From positions 1 to 29,184 of the IMG/VR virus record IMGVR_UViG_3300037524_000729: a stretch of 29,184 nt of DNA. One strand, written 5' to 3'. The position numbers and the translations under genes were made by a program. The notes beneath the pieces were generated by a model. That model did not search any database and was not told the origin of the DNA. It worked only from the letters and a program-made list of their open reading frames with translations. This stretch comes from a virus. Its lineage: Duplodnaviria > Caudoviricetes. Of the stretch, positions 25,760 to 29,184 are shown one piece after another. Within the stretch, counting starts at the first letter, position 1. Each line of letters opens with the position of its first letter.

Positions 25760-27694
25760 TCAGTGCGTACGGGTTGAACGGGTCCTGGGTTCCAGGTCGA
25801 GCGTCCGCAGACGCTGTTCGATCTCGACGTCGCGGGTGCGGACGGCGAGGCGAAGTTCGTGCAGTCGTGCCTCGAGCAGCAGGTAGCGCTCGCGCGGCGT
25901 GAGCCGGAGCGACCTGTTGGCGGGCGGCAGGCTCGCGCGCGTCGGCTCGATGCCGATGAATGCTGCGCCGAGCAGGACGCCTGCGGAGACCTCCGCCACC
26001 GTGGCGGCGATCGCCACGAGGGTCGCCTGCAGGTCAGTGGCGGCCGACAGGGCCGCGTAGGCCACGCCGACCGCGTCCGTGCTGCTGCTGGCAGCCAGGG
26101 CGCCACTCGTCGCGCCTGCCGTCGCTGCGGCGGCCTGTACGGTCACCGCGGCGGATACGCCGGCGACGACCGCGAAGCCGGCGAGCTCGGTCGCGGTGAA
26201 GTTGGCGCCAGCCGAGGCACCTGCGCCCACGACCCCGTAGGCCCGCGCCAGGGCGGCGAACAGGGCCGGCAGGGACGAGCCGCCAGCAAAGCTGCCGTCG
26301 CCGATGGCCGTGGCCGTGGCAATGGCGCCGAGACTCACGGCACCGCTCGCCGTGGCCGATGTCACTGCCTGGGCGAGCCACGTCGCCGAGGCCTGCACTT
26401 CTGCCGCGGTGGCGAGCACGCCGCCAGTCGTCACTATGAACTGCGCGGCGGCCTCTGCGGCGGCCCCTACGTTGCCGAAGGTGTCAGCCCGGCCCGCGAG
26501 GGTTGCGCCGGCCTGCGCGGCGGCGCTCGAGGCGACCGCGAGCAGTGCGGCGACGTCCGCCACGCTGCCGAGCGTGATGTTTCCGCCGACGGCGCCACGG
26601 GTGGCGGCCAGTGCGCTCAGGGCTGCGCTCGGCACGAGTCCGGCCGTGAACGCAGCAGCCGATGCGCTGCGTCCGTCCAGTGTTGCGCCGGCCGACGCCT
26701 GCGCGCCGACGAGCCCGTAGGCCGTGGCCTGTCCGAGGACGGTGGCGGCGGCGTTGACCGCCTGCACCACTGCGGCCTCGGCGGCGACCAGGGCCGCGAA
26801 GATGGCGTCGAGCTGGCCCGGCGCCGAGACCTGGGCGATGGCAGCGGCGAGGGCTGCGAACGTCGCGCCGGCCTCTGTGCCTGCCGTCACGCTGCCCGTG
26901 TTCAGGTCGGTCGGCGAGAATCCGCCCACGAGGCCGAGCCACGGGAATGGCGCAGGCTCATCAACCGTTGGCGTCGTATCCGCCGCAGCGAAGCTCGCGC
27001 CGAGCCCGATGGCTGCGGCGATCTGTCCTTGTGCGCTGGCGACGGCCGTCAGGGCGGCGGACAACTCCACCTGCCCGCTGGCCGATGCATAGGTCGCGGC
27101 GCCCGCGAGGAACTGCGCGGCCGCGTCGGTGCCTGCCGTCACGACGGTCAGGGCCTGCGCGACCACGGCGTCGAACTGCGCGCCCGTATCGGCGGCAGCG
27201 GCCATCTGCGCGGCCGCAGCGGCAGCGATGGCCCATGACTCGCCTGCCGCGATACCTGCCGCGACCGCCGAGCGCATCACGTTGATGCCAGCGATCGTCT
27301 CGGCGAGCTGGGCCTGCGCGGCAATGGCGGCCGTCGTGGCCGACAGCCCAGAGTCGGACTGGCCCGCGCCGGTGCCTGCTACCACCGTGCCGCGGGCGAC
27401 GGCCCGGGCGGCAAACGTGCTGCCGAGTCCACCCGCGGCGCTCAGCGTTCCGCGTCCGACCGCGACCGCCGCAATCGTGGCGCCGAGGCTCGACCCCGCC
27501 GTCAGGCTGACCGTCTCTGGCGGCGTGGCGGTGGGCGAGAATCCGGCGATCAGGCTCAGCCAGGGCAGCGGCGCCGGCTCGTCGATGCCAGTGGCTAGCG
27601 CGTCGAGGAACTGCTCGCCGAACCAGCCGTCCGCCTGCGTCGTCTCATCGAACCAGCCCGACGCGACGGCTGTGGCGTCGAACCAGCCGAGCAT
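25760..27694 (-). CDS. Ala-rich repetitive protein (644 aa), putative fibre/decoration
   Basis: Long ORF in operon orientation with ~20-aa periodic Ala/Gly repeats, a duplicated 18-aa motif and a charged C-terminus. Confidence 0.7.
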   Translation of the reverse strand: MLGWFDATAVASGWFDETTQADGWFGEQFLDALATGIDEPAPLPWLSLIAGFSPTATPPETVSLTAGSSLGATIAAVAVGRGTLSAAGGLGSTFAARAVARGTVVAGTGAGQSDSGLSATTAAIAAQAQLAETIAGINVMRSAVAAGIAAGESWAIAAAAAAQMAAAADTGAQFDAVVAQALTVVTAGTDAAAQFLAGAATYASASGQVELSAALTAVASAQGQIAAAIGLGASFAAADTTPTVDEPAPFPWLGLVGGFSPTDLNTGSVTAGTEAGATFAALAAAIAQVSAPGQLDAIFAALVAAEAAVVQAVNAAATVLGQATAYGLVGAQASAGATLDGRSASAAAFTAGLVPSAALSALAATRGAVGGNITLGSVADVAALLAVASSAAAQAGATLAGRADTFGNVGAAAEAAAQFIVTTGGVLATAAEVQASATWLAQAVTSATASGAVSLGAIATATAIGDGSFAGGSSLPALFAALARAYGVVGAGASAGANFTATELAGFAVVAGVSAAVTVQAAAATAGATSGALAASSSTDAVGVAYAALSAATDLQATLVAIAATVAEVSAGVLLGAAFIGIEPTRASLPPANRSLRLTPRERYLLLEARLHELRLAVRTRDVEIEQRLRTLDLEPRTRSTRTH

Positions 27695-27703
27695 GGGCTA
27701 ACC

Positions 27704-28552
27704 TCAGGTGATCTGCTGATAGTTCACGAAGCTGCCGGCCTTCGCGACGATGGCGCTTGATGCGACCTCGGAGGCGAAGCGCGCCACCAGCGTGCCGTTG
27801 GCGCTCGGCTGGATCACGCCGGTGATATTCGCCCAGTTGTTGCCTGTCGCGGCGCTCGTGGCGTTGGACGATGCTGGCGCGTCATAAGCCTGCAACATCG
27901 CATTGCGCGTCGAGGTCGTCGTCGTGAGCGAATACTCGGAGCGATAGTCGAGGTACGTCGGGCTGCTCGGCCCATTGATCGACCAGCGCGAGCCCGTCGT
28001 GGTGGCCGCAGCGGTGTACACGATGTGGAAGTCGAAGTAGTACAGCGACCCTGCGACCACCGAGAATGACAGGCCGGTGACGTCCGCGATGGTGTTCGCG
28101 GTGCCGTTGTTGTTCGTCTGGTCGCTCGCGAGCACGACGGTCGTGAGCCCGGAGCCCGTGGCGGCACCGACGTTGCCGTAGTTCGCGACCTTGGCGCGAC
28201 CGTATATGTCGGTCTGCCAGAAGCCCGCACCCTCGACGTACATCAGCGACTCGCCAGCCGCGAGCACGCACTGGATGATCTCCATCGCGTTCGTGCCATC
28301 GGTGTGCACGAGCGTGATGGTGTTCGAGGTCGAGGCGTGGCGGTTGCGGACCGTCAATGTCTTGACGGTGCGATACACGCCCGAGCCCGGCGAGGCGACC
28401 ACGGTCGTCGTCGTGGCCGTCGAGATCGTCGTATTGGTCCGCCCCGGCACGATGGACGAGATGCCGTCCACGTACGACGCGTGCACGTCGATGTTCGCAG
28501 TGCTGCTCGTGATGACGCGGATCAGGTCAGATGTGGATGCAAGTAGCAGCAT
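27704..28552 (-). CDS. Thr/Ser-rich putative virion protein (282 aa)
   Basis: Two beta-rich domains. The second (DVTGLSFSV.AG..Y.F...GTLVARFASE) resembles C-terminal fibre/spike domains. Confidence 0.65.
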   Translation of the reverse strand: MLLLASTSDLIRVITSSTANIDVHASYVDGISSIVPGRTNTTISTATTTTVVASPGSGVYRTVKTLTVRNRHASTSNTITLVHTDGTNAMEIIQCVLAAGESLMYVEGAGFWQTDIYGRAKVANYGNVGAATGSGLTTVVLASDQTNNNGTANTIADVTGLSFSVVAGSLYYFDFHIVYTAAATTTGSRWSINGPSSPTYLDYRSEYSLTTTTSTRNAMLQAYDAPASSNATSAATGNNWANITGVIQPSANGTLVARFASEVASSAIVAKAGSFVNYQQIT

Positions 28553-28572
28553 GATTCACTCGTGACCGTTGC

Positions 28573-29184
28573 TCACCCGCAGCCGCGCAGCAGCAGGCCG
28601 AGGGACTTCGAGGGGGCGGATGCCACTGCAATCTCTTTGATCTCGAATGCCAGCAGCCCGGTCCTAGCATAACGACCTTGATCGACAGATACCGAATTGT
28701 CCTCGGCTCCGATCCAACCGCACTGCATGGAAAAGTTGCTATTCGCATGGGCAGAGGCGGTCGAGTAGCCACCCTCAAATGTCCGCGTCAGGTTGCTGTT
28801 GTAACCGCCCGACACGGCGAACGTCATGTTCGTTGCGCTGGAGAATGCACCAGGGGTCGCAACCGTCGGAGACAAGTCGTATCCGTCGGTAATGTCCCAG
28901 GCACCAAAGGCGTCGGCCGGGGCGCCGGAGTTGTCGACGTCTCCGGTGAGTTCGAAAACTTCGGCCTCTTTTCGCCACGCGTATCCTGTCGAGATCGTGA
29001 CGCTGCCCGACGACGGTGAGCCGCCGACGATACACGCGAAGACGCGGGTGTATTGCGTGGCGGATAAGGACCACTGCGCTGCGATCACCTCCGTCCAGGT
29101 GCCGTGCCCACTCAGCGAAATGGCGCTGGCGGCATCTCGTACCTGGATCGTCGCCATCAGCACCGCCCCGGCGGCCGGCGTGAA
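28573..29184 (-). CDS. Ser/Gly-rich putative virion protein, 5' end truncated by window edge
   Basis: The frame stays open beyond the ORF-track start (FTPAAGAVLMATIQ...) to the window end and ends in ...SLGLLLRGCG. Confidence 0.6.
   Translation of the reverse strand, partial: FTPAAGAVLMATIQVRDAASAISLSGHGTWTEVIAAQWSLSATQYTRVFACIVGGSPSSGSVTISTGYAWRKEAEVFELTGDVDNSGAPADAFGAWDITDGYDLSPTVATPGAFSSATNMTFAVSGGYNSNLTRTFEGGYSTASAHANSNFSMQCGWIGAEDNSVSVDQGRYARTGLLAFEIKEIAVASAPSKSLGLLLRGCG

Larger units (their letters stand above)
1..29184. mobile_element. Temperate siphophage genome segment (excised/circular form)
   Basis: Integrase, lysis, tail, head and packaging modules with no host genes. Phage genes lie on both sides of the att core. 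Confidence 0.93.

Noticed and set aside
4467-27701. Long + strand ORFs (e.g. 4559..6004, 12853..14781, 16506..17996, 25859..27238)
   Set aside because: Antisense shadows of high-GC - strand genes with no recognisable motifs.
3702-29022. GSP motif as a dispersed DNA-level repeat or protein-binding site
   Set aside because: The underlying codons vary (TCC/TCG/AGC/TCA; GGC/GGG/GGA), so any constraint acts on the peptide.
1-29184. Gene transfer agent cluster
   Set aside because: Tail-tip genes are GTA-like, but the integrase/attP, lambda-type GpA terminase and portal, long tape measure and full lysis cassette indicate a genuine temperate phage.

Overview
The whole window is part of a high-GC (roughly 68-70% by eye) temperate, lambda/GTA-like siphophage genome, probably infecting a Proteobacterium. 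The + strand carries the 3' end of a probable excisionase and a tyrosine integrase. The integrase's own 3' end contains an attP-like site: a 47-bp tRNA-Val(GAC) 3' fragment flanked by IHF-consensus sites and 21-bp arm-type direct repeats. Everything else is one long - strand late operon. In transcription order it runs: Ala/Thr/Ser-rich accessory virion genes, gpZ-like gene, HNH endonuclease, putative cos region, small and large terminase, gpW, portal, Clp protease-capsid fusion, DUF2190, head closure, tail terminator, major tail protein, frameshifting tail chaperones, tape measure, DUF2460, a three-enzyme cassette, DUF2163, NlpC/P60, large tail-tip protein, DUF2793 fibre, and the lysis genes (holin candidates, M15 endolysin, two spanins). 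The most interesting signal has two parts. First, the cassette (Maf/DUF115-like transferase, GT8-like glycosyltransferase, SAM methyltransferase) is wedged between two normally adjacent tail-tip genes. Second, a protein-level motif G-S-P (7 times GSPA, 11 GSP in total) recurs in seven virion tail/fibre proteins and is absent from the non-structural proteins I read. Together they suggest a phage-encoded, sequon-directed virion glycosylation system, which is an untested inference. All product calls come from motif recognition and synteny; no searches were run.
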